Source of the DNA: Neoechinorhynchus agilis
Taxonomy: Eukaryota > Animalia > Acanthocephala
Direction: 5' to 3'
Assembly (NCBI GenBank): GCA_051530055.1
Contig: CM121342.1
Span: 1,956,797 to 2,020,796 of the forward strand
Length of the DNA stretch: 64,000 bases
Made by a program: the position numbers and the translations under genes
Notes under the pieces: generated by a model
Told to the model about the DNA's origin: nothing
The model's database searches: none
Seen by the model: only the letters and a program-made list of their open reading frames with translations
Part shown: piece by piece, positions 35,691 to 48,399 of the stretch
Layout of the letters: each line of letters opens with the position of its first letter
How positions within the stretch are numbered: the stretch's first letter is position 1

Positions 35691-35852
35691 CAAAAAATTA
35701 AGAATATAGCTAGAATTTTATAAAATACTTCTTAGTTTGTAGCAGTTTCAATATATGAGGCAATTACGATAATTATTGCCGTCAAATCTCCAAGGAATCC
35801 TTAATGAAACGTTAGGCTTTTAAATTTGGTTAGTACGAATAGAGACAAATTC

Positions 35853-38800
35853 TCTTCCGGTTTTAACACCTCTATTTTCAAAGCGTAATTAAACGCAGAA
35901 ACAGCACGAAGCGCGCCAGCTCTTGCTGAGCAACTGCTCATAATTATGGCCTCGGATTTTTATTGGTCCATTTACGAGCTGTGTTTGATCGTACTGACTA
36001 CGGTCGACCACTACAGAAATATATTTTGAGGTCGAAATATCTTCTGAAAATCTTGATTTTAGACAGAAACATGAATTCATTGCGAAAACGATCTCTCGAA
36101 TCCCTTGAATGCAACCAATCCAAGCGGTCAAAGTCGGACGAGGACAACGTAAAAATTGAATTGAGCAATCGAGAGCTATGGCAAGAATTTTCGGAATGTA
36201 AAACAGAGATGATAGTCACGCGTTCAGGTCGAAGAATGTTTCCGTCTCTGAAAATTGTTGTCAGCGGTCTCGATTCAAACTCAATTTATAAAATTTTTCT
36301 AAAGCTTAAATACGCAAATCGGAGTAGATGGAAGTACTCCGGCGGTGAATGGATTCGAAATGGCGAGCAATCGGTTTCAGTGAGCGAAGGACAGTATATG
36401 CACCCGGATTCTCCGAATTACGGACTTCATTGGATGTCCAAAGAAATCAGTTTCGAGCGATTAAAAATTACAAATCAGCCAAGCAGTTCAAATGTTGACA
36501 AGGTTTGTGCATCTTTTTGGGTTAAAAGGTATTTGAAAAATTAAAAACAATCATTTTTAGATTTTATTAAAAACCCTGCACATGTACGTTCCTGAAATCC
36601 TAATTTACCGGATCGAAGGTGAACTATCGGAGTTGATTGCAAGTGAAACAATTGCGCTGTCAAAATTTTTATGTGTAACGGCTTATCAAAACGAAAATGT
36701 ATTGTTTATTTGATCATTGCATCGTTTTACAGAAACGTTATAGATAACAAATCTTAAAATAAAGCATAATCCGTTCGCCAAAGCATTTGCGGAACCCAAA
36801 AGAAGGTTTGAATTTTATTTTCGAAAATTATCCTAATTTTCCCTTACACATTTTAGTTTAACTAACGACACAAACACTATGCAGCCAATCAGAAAACGGC
36901 AAAAAACAGGTTCGTGTTCAAATTGATTTTTTATTAGTCTCTTTTGTTTGTGTTCCCATTAACTGTTGAAATACAAACAAATAAAGGCGAACTCCCGTAC
37001 AGTATTGATTGCCGTTTTACGATGCCGTAAATGCTTTTGATCTTAACTCACTGCGAAATGTGAGCTTTCCCATTGACCCATAAATTAAAAGAAGCCGGCG
37101 GTCAAGAAGATTAATCAAAAGTGACAGAGATTTAAGCAATTTTTTGATTTTTAGACCTTCAATTTGAAATGTCTTGCAATCCACAATTTGTGCAATACAA
37201 GCAGGATCCATACCTTGGTCCGTCAACGCAATACGATTATATTTCTTATTATCCGCCAGCTCATTACCAGCAATCTTCGATGGCACCAGTGACGTCATAT
37301 TATCAGTACGGTCCTCGAGGTGAGAATTCGTTTACTCCTTTTCAGGTACAGGCACAATTCGTGCAACCGGTCCAACAGTCAATAAATCAATATCACAAAT
37401 ACGAATATTACAATTTTAATAGTTGATTTTAATTTTTCAAGTTTTTAATAAAATATTTTAAAATACATTACTTTGCTATTCGGGATTATGATCACAATTA
37501 TTCCAATTTAATATTATATTCGTTGCGATTTTTTTATCGCAAATGAATTTTAAGAATATTAAAGTCGAAATCTGAACGCAGGTACGACAAATAATGCTCA
37601 AGATGGTTGATATTAGTTAATGAAATTTATTATCGTTCGATTTAACTTCCTATGAATTGTTAGACACTAGAAAAATCATTGAAGGTGACCAGCGTGTTTT
37701 AATCACAACTTAAACTTATCACTAATAATAGCATACATCGGAAATCGATTAATTATGTCAGCCTAGAAATTCTTTAACCCTACTTCGGTTCAACTAAGAG
37801 GAGTTGTCTAAATTTTTATTATGTACTTTTCGAATTATTATTTATATTCCTAAAGCGATATTAATTGCGAACAAGTTTAAAGACTTGGAATTACACAAAA
37901 AATTGAGAAATTTTAAAGAAATCATTAACGATTAATATTTATACTTGCAATCCTATAATCCACTGTCTACATTCAACTAAATCATCGATAGTGGAACTTA
38001 CGTTATAATAACTTTCGAACAATGACTGATGAGGCGAGGTTCCTCGGCAAACATTTCCAATAAATCAAATATATTGTGACCGGGATTATTTTTATCAAAA
38101 GTATAATTAAACTAGATGACCCGAATTTTATTCTCCAATCGCAATGCATTTGTATATCTTAAGTGTACATTCATAGTGTCAAAATATTTTTAAACTTTCG
38201 AAAGTGCAATCTTTCCTCTGTAATTATTTTCCAACAAATAAGATAACCGCTATAAAATTAAGTAGGTCATATCGACTGCACTTTTTATCCGTATATTTTC
38301 AGTCTTGATGCCTTCGGACATACAAACTGAGACAAATTTTTAAACTTATTCACACTTAAAAGGACAAGATTGATCACTTGAATAAAAATAGTGCGAATGT
38401 TCTATCTTTAACTATTCATTGCGATCTAAAAATTACAAATATTTAGTTAAACTTGCGAAAATAATAATATCTCATTTTTATCTGCGTGGTGCTGATCAAA
38501 CAAAATCGTTGTAGAGATTCAAATTCAAAACAAAAATACGTCTGCAATTAATTATATAATTTTCGAAAACTATTACGTAATTTTATTGGGAAACATTTCC
38601 AGCTAAAATAATAGCGTTGTAACGGTTTATGTAATGATCACGAAATTTGGACCCAATAAACATTAGAATATTTACTTCGCGCACGAACACATCGGTCTAA
38701 ATATTCTATATCTAGGAATTAACACGTAAGTTTAACCGCCTGCTTCTCCCATTGATTGGTAAAAAAATTAATAAACAGTAATTGGTTACTATCAAAAATA

Positions 38801-40857
38801 ATTCCAACTTAAAATTTATCGTATCTCTATTTTCTTACTAAAGAAATCCCTTCTCAAGTGCGCTTTTTCATTCGCAGATAATGGCCTCAAGCAATATTCC
38901 TCAAATTGTAATGAAGAAACTTAAAATTGACAAGGGACTGTACGAACAAGCGATCGGAAATGAAAATCAAATAATAAATCAAATGAGGCAGGAATATTCC
39001 GTGGATATTGCGATTCTTAGAAGGTTTATCAATCTAATTGAAGTTGTATTTCGTGGTGAAAGATCTCAGGTTGAAATGTGCGCTCAAATCATCCGGGCAA
39101 TGTTAGCTAACGTCGAGAACAAAGAGATCTCAATGGTGCTGACAGTTGAGAGGGATCTTCACGGAATGGTTATTGGTCGCGGCGGTGCGACAATTCAGAG
39201 GCTTAGAAGAGAAAATAATGGTGTTTTGATCATAATTCCGCCCATTGGGTCAAAATCACCAGAAATTAATCTTCGTGGTCTTAAAGAAGATGTAGAAAGA
39301 GCAATGAAATCCATCGAAAAATTGGTAGCATCGGTGGTTGACGTTGCGATTCCAATTCCACCCGCAATAATGTGCAATTTCGTATCAAATGGGCGCTTCA
39401 ATGTGGAATATTTTGCGCAGCTTCCAGCGTCCTTGAAATTGGTTGGAATAAGACAAAATTCGATTTTAATGAAAGGACCCGAAGATGAGGTAGAAAAATT
39501 TAGACGATACTTGACTGCCAGAATAGAAGATTGTGCCCGCAGTTTAGTATTAGAAATGCCATTCGACTTCAAAATGCTGCAGTATATTAGAATGTATTGC
39601 GAAGGGGGATTCGATCAGGTTGAACGAGAAATGAAAGTTCGGATTGATTACACGAATCACCCTGACAAAATACTTTTTTATGGTTCAAATGCACAAGCCG
39701 CGATCGGGAAAATTCAAAGAGCTGTTTGCGATTTCGGCCCAATGATCGAAAAGCAAGTGGATGCCACATTGATTAACGAACGAACGAAATTCGCGATATT
39801 ATTTGGAATCTCGGAATTTGTTAGGACTTTAGCTATTCACTTTAGAGTTCTTATTGTTGTCAAATATGATTTTTTCGTCGAGAAAATCGTGGTCTACGGA
39901 CGAGAACCTGACGTTGTTCCAGCGATTATAAAAATACAAGAAATTATACAAGAATGGAAGGATGCTACCGTTATCGAAGTTCAGTTTCCCGATTCGTTAA
40001 TAAAAGCAATCCAATCAAAGGCGACAGACGTTGTTTTGCCAATCTTCGTCAATCACAATGTTCTGATTGAAATACCGATAACTTCAGACTATCCAATGCT
40101 GCTAATCACTGGTCGCATAAATAGATGCAAAGAAGTCATCGATATTCTAAAATCAACGCTAGAAATAACGAAGGTTATCCAAATTCCATCGTGGCACCAT
40201 GGTCGTCTTCTTGGACGCTTTGGCTGCGAGGTAAAACGAATCAAGCAAGAAAGTGGGACTAAGATAATCCGATTTCCGTTGAATGGGCAAGGAGATGATG
40301 TACTATTAAGGGGCACACTATCGTCAATCGAAAAGGCCGAACAGTTGATGGCGAATTCTCTCCATCAGACAATGACTCAATTTAGAAATCCAAAACGGCA
40401 TCCGAAACAGCATGATTTGCTTTTAAACATTCAAAAAGACCAGTGGCCGCTTATTATAACAAGAGATAATGATATACTGAGGAATATAATGGCGAAATAT
40501 CAAGTGGAGATATTTGCGCCAAATGAACAAACCGATCCATCAGATGATGATTTTGTTATTAGATGTCCGTCTATAAGCCAATGTAGACAAGCTTCCGCTG
40601 AAATTAGGAGAATCATCGGCGAAGAGTCCGAACGACCACTTGAACACTCGTCCAGAGAATTCTGGACAAAGGAAACGTCATTGTCTCTTTCAGTGATTCC
40701 TTTTTTGATCGGAACGCAAGGATGGAGGATTAAATCTTTTGAAAGTATACACAACGTGAAAGTGAAATTCTTCAAAAACCGAAATCAGGTACTCGTTAGT
40801 GGCGCATTGGAGAAATCAGTGGACGATGCATTAAAGGCACTTCTGCGATTGGCTGAA
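35853..40857 (+). repeat. Right arm of the large inverted segmental duplication
   Basis: Mirror of 23206-28001. The coordinate sum is 63854 across T-box exons 1-2. Confidence 0.92.
36071..37426 (+). CDS. bra: Brachyury-type T-box transcription factor, copy B (~318 aa); exons 36071-36502, 36561-36698, 36744-36805, 36857-36909, 37155-37426
   Basis: Same motifs and exon sizes (432, 138, 62, 53, 272 nt) as copy A; introns 58, 45, 51 and 245 nt; open frame throughout. Confidence 0.88.
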
Positions 40858-40878
40858 CTATTATCCGATAAACAATAA
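38881..40878 (+). CDS. Intronless multi-KH-domain RNA-binding protein (vigilin/Bicaudal-C-like), 665 aa
   Basis: HGMVIGRGGATIQRLRRE, HGRLLGRFGCEVKRIKQESG and IPFLIGTQGWRIKSFE are KH GxxG-type repeats, with further degenerate KH-sized units between them. Confidence 0.85.
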   Translation: MASSNIPQIVMKKLKIDKGLYEQAIGNENQIINQMRQEYSVDIAILRRFINLIEVVFRGERSQVEMCAQIIRAMLANVENKEISMVLTVERDLHGMVIGRGGATIQRLRRENNGVLIIIPPIGSKSPEINLRGLKEDVERAMKSIEKLVASVVDVAIPIPPAIMCNFVSNGRFNVEYFAQLPASLKLVGIRQNSILMKGPEDEVEKFRRYLTARIEDCARSLVLEMPFDFKMLQYIRMYCEGGFDQVEREMKVRIDYTNHPDKILFYGSNAQAAIGKIQRAVCDFGPMIEKQVDATLINERTKFAILFGISEFVRTLAIHFRVLIVVKYDFFVEKIVVYGREPDVVPAIIKIQEIIQEWKDATVIEVQFPDSLIKAIQSKATDVVLPIFVNHNVLIEIPITSDYPMLLITGRINRCKEVIDILKSTLEITKVIQIPSWHHGRLLGRFGCEVKRIKQESGTKIIRFPLNGQGDDVLLRGTLSSIEKAEQLMANSLHQTMTQFRNPKRHPKQHDLLLNIQKDQWPLIITRDNDILRNIMAKYQVEIFAPNEQTDPSDDDFVIRCPSISQCRQASAEIRRIIGEESERPLEHSSREFWTKETSLSLSVIPFLIGTQGWRIKSFESIHNVKVKFFKNRNQVLVSGALEKSVDDALKALLRLAELLSDKQ

Positions 40879-41717
40879 ATTTTAAAATTTATTATCGCCT
40901 GATTAGAATGATTATTGTGTTATTAAAACTTGTAAAAAAATTCAAATTAATTCGACTTATTAAATTGATGATGGTATTTAAACTCTTTCTTACTTCAATT
41001 CATTTGGTTCGAAAAAATTTTATCATAAAATTAAAATACGAATATTTCTCCGTGACTTTTAGCGACCCAAATATTGCGAAAGCATGAGTCAATATTATCC
41101 AAAGCCCACCAAGACAACTCCAAACGGTGGCCTCATTAGAATACGGCAGCCATCAATGACAAAAAATGCATTCACAATTAAATTTACAATCCCCCACACC
41201 GAAGTGATGATCACTTTATCAAAAGTGAGATTCTCAAAGAAAAGAACTATAAAATAGAGGAACTACTACAAAAAAGTACGCCACATGAAACCTCTTCTCT
41301 GTTACGATCAACAAATAGCGTATAACGTACAAATTATATCACAGGGGGACAAATCAGCATTCCTTTCCTGTTTTTGCGATTATTTTGATTCCCTCTGAGG
41401 TAGGAATTTTTTTAACGATGTCCAACTTCCCAACGTTTTTCAAGTGATTGCTGCCACGTTTTTGTCTAGAGGTCGCACTTCACTTTCAATACCAAAATTT
41501 TAATATAGTCAAGCGATGAAAAAGATTTACAAAAGTCCAAAGTTTTTGTGTGTGGAATGAGTGCACAATGTTATACAAGAAAAAAATCTTAAGGCACTTG
41601 ATACTACGTTAAATAAAATTCACGGCAAAACGAACTTAAATCACATGGTAAATAAATATTTTCATTTTTGGTAGGCTGCCTATACGATAAATCCGTCATC
41701 AAATGATGCTATGTGAA

Positions 41718-41876
41718 GTACCCGGGTATATGATTTTAAGTGTAGTTTAGGTCTTCACTCGGTAAATAATTTTTCATTAAAGACTTTTCGAACCTCGTCG
41801 TATTCTTCATTATTTTGTTAGTTATATTATCTTTTATAGAAAAAAAATGTACCCCGGGAAGACCTAAACAACACTT
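41718..41876 (-). repeat. Decayed member of the hammerhead fold-back family
   Basis: GTGTAGTTTAGGTCTTC / GAAGACCTAAACAACAC inverted ends (16/17). The minus strand carries CGACGAGGTTCGAAAAGTCTTTAAT. Confidence 0.65.
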
Positions 41877-43078
41877 CTAGACATTAGTTTGTTAAGTTTA
41901 ATGATATGTTCAAAGGGTTGAATAAATTGATCGGCACAATTTACCACTGCTTTTTCTATACCTTTATTTTTGACTTAAATATTGCATTTTTTTGAAAATT
42001 TCGCCCTTTAAAAGTTATCGTTAGAATTTAAAACTTCAATTTAATGATCATAGCAAGACTTATGGGATGTTCGTGCTTAAAATAAGCTTTCAAATTTCCA
42101 CCCTTAATTAAGCACTAGCGTCCATTTTAAAACAGACCAATTGTCGTCATTTGTCGCGGCAATTTCGAGAAATCGTCGGGATATTCATCTATGTGTTCCA
42201 GAGTGTGAGTGCATTCCTCCGGATTTTTCGGTTCCTCCCAGAGGCGGGACTCATTAGTGAGTTTTCTCCCTTCAGCGATATATCGTACTTTTTTGTCGTG
42301 GATCGTTGGCGTAAGGGAGTCGAACCAATTGACCCTAAAACATAGATTCTGGTTTACCACAACTGTGCATCCTGCTAGCCACCCGAAAATAGGGAGTTTT
42401 CGACAGTTTAAGTTTCCAACTTTTGTCGTATATGTGGAGCTGTGTTTCCAAGAGAAATCAGCAGTGTAGAGATGATAATTTCGAAAAATTCAGATGTATT
42501 TCGATAATACACACGAAGAATTTTTTAGCCTGTAGGTATCCGAATTTAAACCTGCGTTCTGATTTGTTTATATATTATTACCTCAGCCTATAAAATCTTA
42601 GAAAATATTAAACGACAACGATTTGATTTGCAAGTTACAGTGGAATATAAGAAATAAACATGTTATCGATTGTTTGCGTCGCACGTTGTGTGCTTTTTAC
42701 TCTTCTTGATCTTTTGTGCTTACATTCCGGACACATGCTCAGCTTGGTTCGATTTGTAACTTCAAAAATAAAGCTTCGGTATTCGTGTCACGGTCGAAGA
42801 AGTTTAAAATATACACTTGTTCGGTATAAATCTATAAATATTGCTATCTAATTGCTTCATTGTTTAAACTTTCGTTGGCTCGGCGTTTATAGACTTAAAG
42901 ATAATTGATTAACCAAAATGTATAGACATCCAACTTTAGTCGTGTCGAGCGTTTCTTATGAGTCGGTTGGACTTTTGACCTATGTCTGAATTGTCATTTA
43001 AAGCTCGTCTCGCAAGTTATCTCTTTTGTAATAACTGGACCTTTTTCAACAAGACTTTTGAATCGAATCGTGATTGAT

Positions 43079-43591
43079 ATGTTAAACGTACCGAACTATC
43101 TGAGGTTATTGAAGTTATCAGCTATGATAATACTGCATGTTTCCATATTGTTCAATTTGATAATTGTATTTTGCACAATCAATCAATCGATTCCATCGAT
43201 CCAACAAGTACAAAATGCCTCCATTAAAATTGTGGATCCTTACATCTTTGACTATTTTTGCATACCAATGACTTTGGTGGTCATTACCTCAAGCGTAAAT
43301 CCATCTATAAAGCTCTCTAGCTATTTCATCAAAGGAATAAACGTTTATGGGATCTTCGCTATTCAAACTTCTTTATTGCTCACAGCAGGCATTGCCTTGA
43401 ACCTGCGATTAAGTTCTGATAAAGTCACTCTTCTCGTAATGGTTTCACTACCAACAGTCATTGCTCGATTAGCGCTCGGTGGCGTTGAAATGCATGTTCG
43501 CTCCGTTACAATCGATCGAATGCCAATTCGACGAGGCGATATTGTTCGTGATCAGCGTTGGTTAAATGGAAATGCACTGATTATTGAATAA
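43079..43591 (+). CDS. Orphan ~170-aa protein with about four hydrophobic segments
   Basis: Open frame of 0.5 kb from ATG at 43079 with four TM-like stretches. No family recognised. Confidence 0.5.
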   Translation: MLNVPNYLRLLKLSAMIILHVSILFNLIIVFCTINQSIPSIQQVQNASIKIVDPYIFDYFCIPMTLVVITSSVNPSIKLSSYFIKGINVYGIFAIQTSLLLTAGIALNLRLSSDKVTLLVMVSLPTVIARLALGGVEMHVRSVTIDRMPIRRGDIVRDQRWLNGNALIIE

Positions 43592-45599
43592 ATTAAGTTT
43601 CTTATATTAATGCCAAAACGACGCTAACCAACTACACCGAGCAACTTTCATTTCAATCGCATCGTTATTAAAAATTAAGTCATCATTATCTTAAAATCAA
43701 TAAAACAATTGCTAATTGAGATTAACAGAATAAGTGTCTCAAGCCTTCAATATACACCTTAAAGGGAGTAAAATGGCGTAAACTTATTCCAATAAAAGTA
43801 AAATAAAAATCGGCAAAAAGTGTAACCGCATAAATAATTTCGAGTCTTAGAAGGATAGAAATTTTAAAAGTTCTAGCGTCATTGGCATTGTAAATGAGAA
43901 ATTAAATAGAAAAATATTTAGAGGTCAGCTGAATCTAAAAAATTGAAACAATATTTTAAAAAGCCTCTTATTTAGCAGTTTGACTTGAATTAATATTATT
44001 AAGACCCGAGCCAGAGACAATTCTATCACTGTATTTTTAAAACTAATACAAACAGTTCAGCCAAAAAGGCAAATAATTAACAACTATAAAGTATCGTGAT
44101 ATTTATCTAAAAACATCTCAAGAAATATTTTACCTCAAACATGCTAAAACGAGCACTCTTCGATCCAATTTTAGATGCACATATTAAATAGTATGTCGTG
44201 TACAATTCATGTGGACGAATACCATCGTCTCTTTCACGATTACCGCACAAAATTAAGAAATTAAAAGTTCCTAAGAAATCCCACACGAACCGTCTCTTCT
44301 CTATCTCGAAGGGAAACATTTATGGAATCTTTTTACTTTCTGCGTGATTGACTTCTCTCATTCTTAGACATTAACTTAGCTGTCTTTGTTTGAGTTAGTG
44401 CTTTAGTAATGGAGCCGTTTGTGGTTTTCCGCTTTGGGAGTAAACATTGAATAAAGACCGAAACATGAATTAAAAAAGCATTTGAGAGTTATGCAAGAAA
44501 TTCCGAACGCGAAACATGTCGGTATTTAAAGCGCCCTCAAATTGATGGAATTAAATTAAACAAATATAAGAAGCAAATGTATTTACCGTAAACACGATGC
44601 ATAGAAGATAACGAACGTTGAATAACCATCGATTAGCACACAACCGAAACTCAAAGCGAGCATCTGATCTGCATTTTCGTCTCGGGTCTGAAAAATTGCC
44701 CAAAATCTGGGACAAGAACTCGCAAAGCAAGATTAAAAAACCTGGATCAGACAAATTTACTCTGAACGTTGAAGAATGCAACTCTAAAGAAAAACAGAAA
44801 TCTTATAAGGTTCTGCGTCCCCTAAGATGCCTGAAAAATTGCCCGAAATCCATACAATTCTTATCCTTTTTTTCATTGTCAGATTATCTTTACAGTGTGA
44901 TCTGATTGTGTTTCTGTTTTCCTTTGCTTATGAATTTATATTAGAAATTTACTGTATCGTAATATAGATAATCACTATTTTTTTTAAATAACGTTTTTTC
45001 TGTTTTATTATTTTAGTAATGAACATAATCCTTATTTTAATGTTGGCTGCTAGTAATTAAGACCGCTATTTCAAGTTTGGGTTGAAGATTTTGAACTTCA
45101 AATGAATGTTTTTTGAATATAACTTTGTGTTGTTCAAATATTTCTATAAACGCTGAATCTCTTGATCCTCGAAAAATCATTAAAATTTGCAATTTCAGAT
45201 TTCCATCTCAAATTTTTAGATGTAGTATTTTTTATTAACCGATTTGCTATTATGTCATTTTGTAAATTCGTAACCATTTGTTTTTACAAACAAACATTAT
45301 ATTTTTAGCAACAGAATTTAACTACATAATCGTTTCAAATTGGAAGATTTATTTAATTTTCCGTAGAAAATCCACGACAGGTCGCTTAACAAAAGTACTC
45401 AGAGGGATTACTCTTAAGCCGAACGAGCTGAGTAGATTTTTTGCTACAACAGAGATCTACGCGGGACGGTCGAAGGAAATGCATTACAGTTTACAGAACT
45501 GAACTTATCAAATATATTTATAAGAACTTCGAATTATTTAAACTTTTTACTTTTTTTCATACTTTGATGTTATTTAACTGTTTTACACTCAAAGAAAAC

Positions 45600-45671
45600 G
45601 GGAGTGTAGCTCAGCGGTAGAGCATTCGACTGCAGATCGAGAGGTCCCCGGTTCAATCCCGGGCGCTCCCT
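45600..45671 (+). tRNA. trnC-GCA: tRNA-Cys (anticodon GCA)
   Basis: GGGAGTG TA GCTC AGCGGTA GAGC A TTCGA CT-GCA-GA TCGAG AGGTC CCCGG TTCAATC CCGGG CGCTCCC T: 72-nt cloverleaf, U73 discriminator, TTTT ~36 nt downstream. Confidence 0.96.
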
Positions 45672-45929
45672 AGGGTTGCGAATACCGCGCATTCCGACTT
45701 CGGAATATTTTAGTTCCTACAATCACGCCGCGCGAATCAACTACGATTTTTTAAACGAACTCCAATCTCAGGGATCAAAATATCTTTATTTTTTATGAAA
45801 ATTTCTTATCTGTTTAAGTGTGGCCTTTTTTACGGTGGGTATTAAGTTATTTAATGCGCTTTCCTCACCTAATAAAAATATCAGCTGTGAAAATGGCCTC
45901 ACTTAAACAGAAAATAAAAGTTACGGGTT

Positions 45930-47700
45930 AGTCAGACTCGACGATACGTCGACTTGCAGGAAAAATTCTCTGTAAACGTATCACAGAGAAAACCGGGCAG
46001 CAACTTCGTCCAGTCCAACTGGGCTGCTGCACATCCTGCAGGGCGGAAGCTATTGTCCACGCGCTCCGAAAAGCCGTGCCTTATTCTTAAGTGTGATTTT
46101 CAGAACACCTTTAACTCTCACAAAAGTGAAAGCATGTTCTGCGCAATTAGGGATCCCGCACAAGAAGCCTTCCAGTATTTTCTCAATGCATACGGGACCG
46201 CGACTCCTTTGCTTTTCGAAGACCACTTCATTCGGTCCCAATAGCGCACTCTCTCCATTCCAGCTTCAACCCTTGGTACTTGGATGACGCTACACTCGGC
46301 GGTGATCGCTCCGTTGTACTGCGCGATTTGGAGACGTAGATAAGGGAGACCTCGAGATATCGAAGACGCCGCCAAAGTCAAGGACCTAATGGATGGGTTC
46401 GAGGCCGCAGCTCAAGGTCTGAAACTTGTGACTCCAAAGCAACTCAGCCTTCCGGGTAGTTGCGTTTTTGATTCAAATGTGGAAGCTGAGATCGGCCGTA
46501 TCATACCGAAACTTTCGTTGCTGTGCGATATGGCGAGCGCTCTCGGCTCACGAAGCGTTATTTCTGACAAAGAACGCACTCTTTATCCCGAAATTGTTAT
46601 ATGAGGTCCGCACAGCAAAATTCTTCAAACATAAGGAAGGATTGGCTAAGCTCGACGATAAGGTGAGGGCTTGTCTCGAGCGTATTTTAAATGTCCAACT
46701 CTCAGATGAGGCGTGGCGGCAAGCTTCATTGCCTGTGTCATCCTTGGATTGGGCATTCGGGCGGTAGCAGGCCTTGCCTTGCCAGCCTTTCTTGGATCGC
46801 ATGAGCAAATTCTGAGGGAAAAGGTTTTCTATTGACCAAGACTTTGCGGTGCCAGTTGCAGAATGGTACCAGCAGACAGGCGCTAACCATGTTCCCATGA
46901 ATGGCATCAGACAGTCGATCTGGGACAGACCTCTCGTCGCGAGAGCTCGCAGTTCTCTACTTTCAGGTTCTCGCGATGGGGTCGTCCGAGCTAGATTGTT
47001 GGCAGTTTCGACACGAGAATCAGGGGTGCGGTTGGAGGCTGCTCCTCTGGCATCTGTAGGAACTCTTCTCACTGATGAGGTAACGGGGATCGCAGTGTCC
47101 TTAAGACTTGGTCCCCAATATGCACGCCTCATTGCTGTCGATGTGGGTCTTTGGTTGATGCTTTCAGGCGACACGGTCTCGTTTGCCGAAAGTCAGGAAC
47201 GCCATTCTGAGATCAATAGCGTAATTTCTCGGGCGTTGAGAACGGCGAACTTCCCCGACATCTTGGAACCCGCCCATCTTTGTCGACTAGACGGTCGTCG
47301 ACCTGACGGAATTTCGCTCTTTCCGTGGTGGGAGGGCAAATGCCTTCTCCAGGTCGTCACGTGTGTGGACACCCTCGCAGTGAGCAACATTCTGTACTTT
47401 CTCAAAATCGCTGGAGGTACAGCTAGTGCAGCGGAAGGGAGGAAGGTTCGAAAATATAGAGAATTAGCAAGGGCCCAACATTTTGTCCCCTTCGGAGTAG
47501 AGACGTATAGAGCGCTTGGCAGCTCGGCACTCACTCTGCTGCAGGATCTCTCGAAGAAATTGAGAGAAACGACCGGCGACGCATGAGCAGGTGTATTCCT
47601 GCGACAAAATATCTCGCTCGCAGTACAACGAGGCAATGCTGCTAGCGTGATAGCGACAGCCGAGGAAGGAGAGAAGCTCCAATTTTGCGGACGGTGGTGA
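45930..47700 (+). mobile_element. Longest CRE-clade remnant (RT plus RLE), frameshifted and internally deleted
   Basis: TIRRLAGK...PVQLG...AEAIVH, LKCDFQNTFNS, LFIPKLLY, QASLPV, RHSEINSVISRAL...RPDGISLFPW and FVPFGVETY...AVQRGNAAS. Confidence 0.9.
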
Positions 47701-48002
47701 TTGCACGCTTTGTACTTTATGTTATGATTAAAAAAATGTTTATTGAAAGCATGATATTTAAAAATGTCGAATTCCCACCGATTATCCAAATAATGCCGAT
47801 CCTTGACTGGAAAGAAGTAAATGCATTTGGAAAAAATTAGTGCATTCAGTCTCGGAAAAGTGGTAAAATAAGAATGTTTGCACAAACTACAATTCATTTG
47901 GTTTATAGGCGACTGAGCGTTTTCACAAGCTGGATAATTAAATATTGTATTGTATAAATTAGGATTTATGATTGAAATATATTTCGCATGCATTTCTTGT
48001 TC

Positions 48003-48163
48003 TTTAGGTCGCTTGTCGACGCCCAAAGGATATCGTTAAAGACGAATGAATATTTGGACTGATTGAATCAGTCATTGTCAATTAGCAAGACAATGACTGA
48101 TTTAATCAGTCAAAATAAATTCGTCTTTAAAGATCTCCCTCGGGTATCGACAAGCAACCTAAA
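48003..48163. repeat. Imperfect palindrome with ~75-bp arms
   Basis: TTAGGTCGCTTGTCGAC...GAATCAGTCATTGTC pairs with GACAATGACTGATT...GTATCGACAAGCAACCTAA. The arms are homologous to 58945-59030. Confidence 0.8.
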
Positions 48164-48399
48164 TAACAACATATCCCTAACCACCCGAATGCAATCATCA
48201 ACATGTATTTGTGTTTACCACGAATCAAACTATGCTTTTGATGGAATTCCAATTACTAGAATGTAACATGTTTTTGATCAGACTTAGATGATGAAAATCC
48301 ACCTTTGTTTGTTACTGTTTATAAATATGTAAAGTCTTTTCTTACTGATAGGTTGAATTTTTACATGTTATTCCTAGCCAAAAAAGATCTAATTTACTT

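Noticed and set aside
35963-36070. Longer N-terminus for the T-box ORFs from a TTG start (also 27784-27891)
   Set aside because: Non-ATG start called by the ORF finder. The first ATG (36071/27783) gives a normal short leader before the T-domain.
36910-37154. Extra exon within T-box intron 4 ending at the GTGAGC donor-like site
   Set aside because: I found no acceptor and phase combination that keeps the frame into exon 5 without a stop.
38027-38056. Hammerhead-like CTGATGAGGCGAGG..CCTCG (partial echo at 24985-25003)
   Set aside because: The GAAA box is missing and stems I and III cannot be drawn; at most a dead remnant.
45820-45840. U5 snRNA loop-like GCCTTTTTTAC
   Set aside because: Six T rather than four, no flanking stem and no Sm site.
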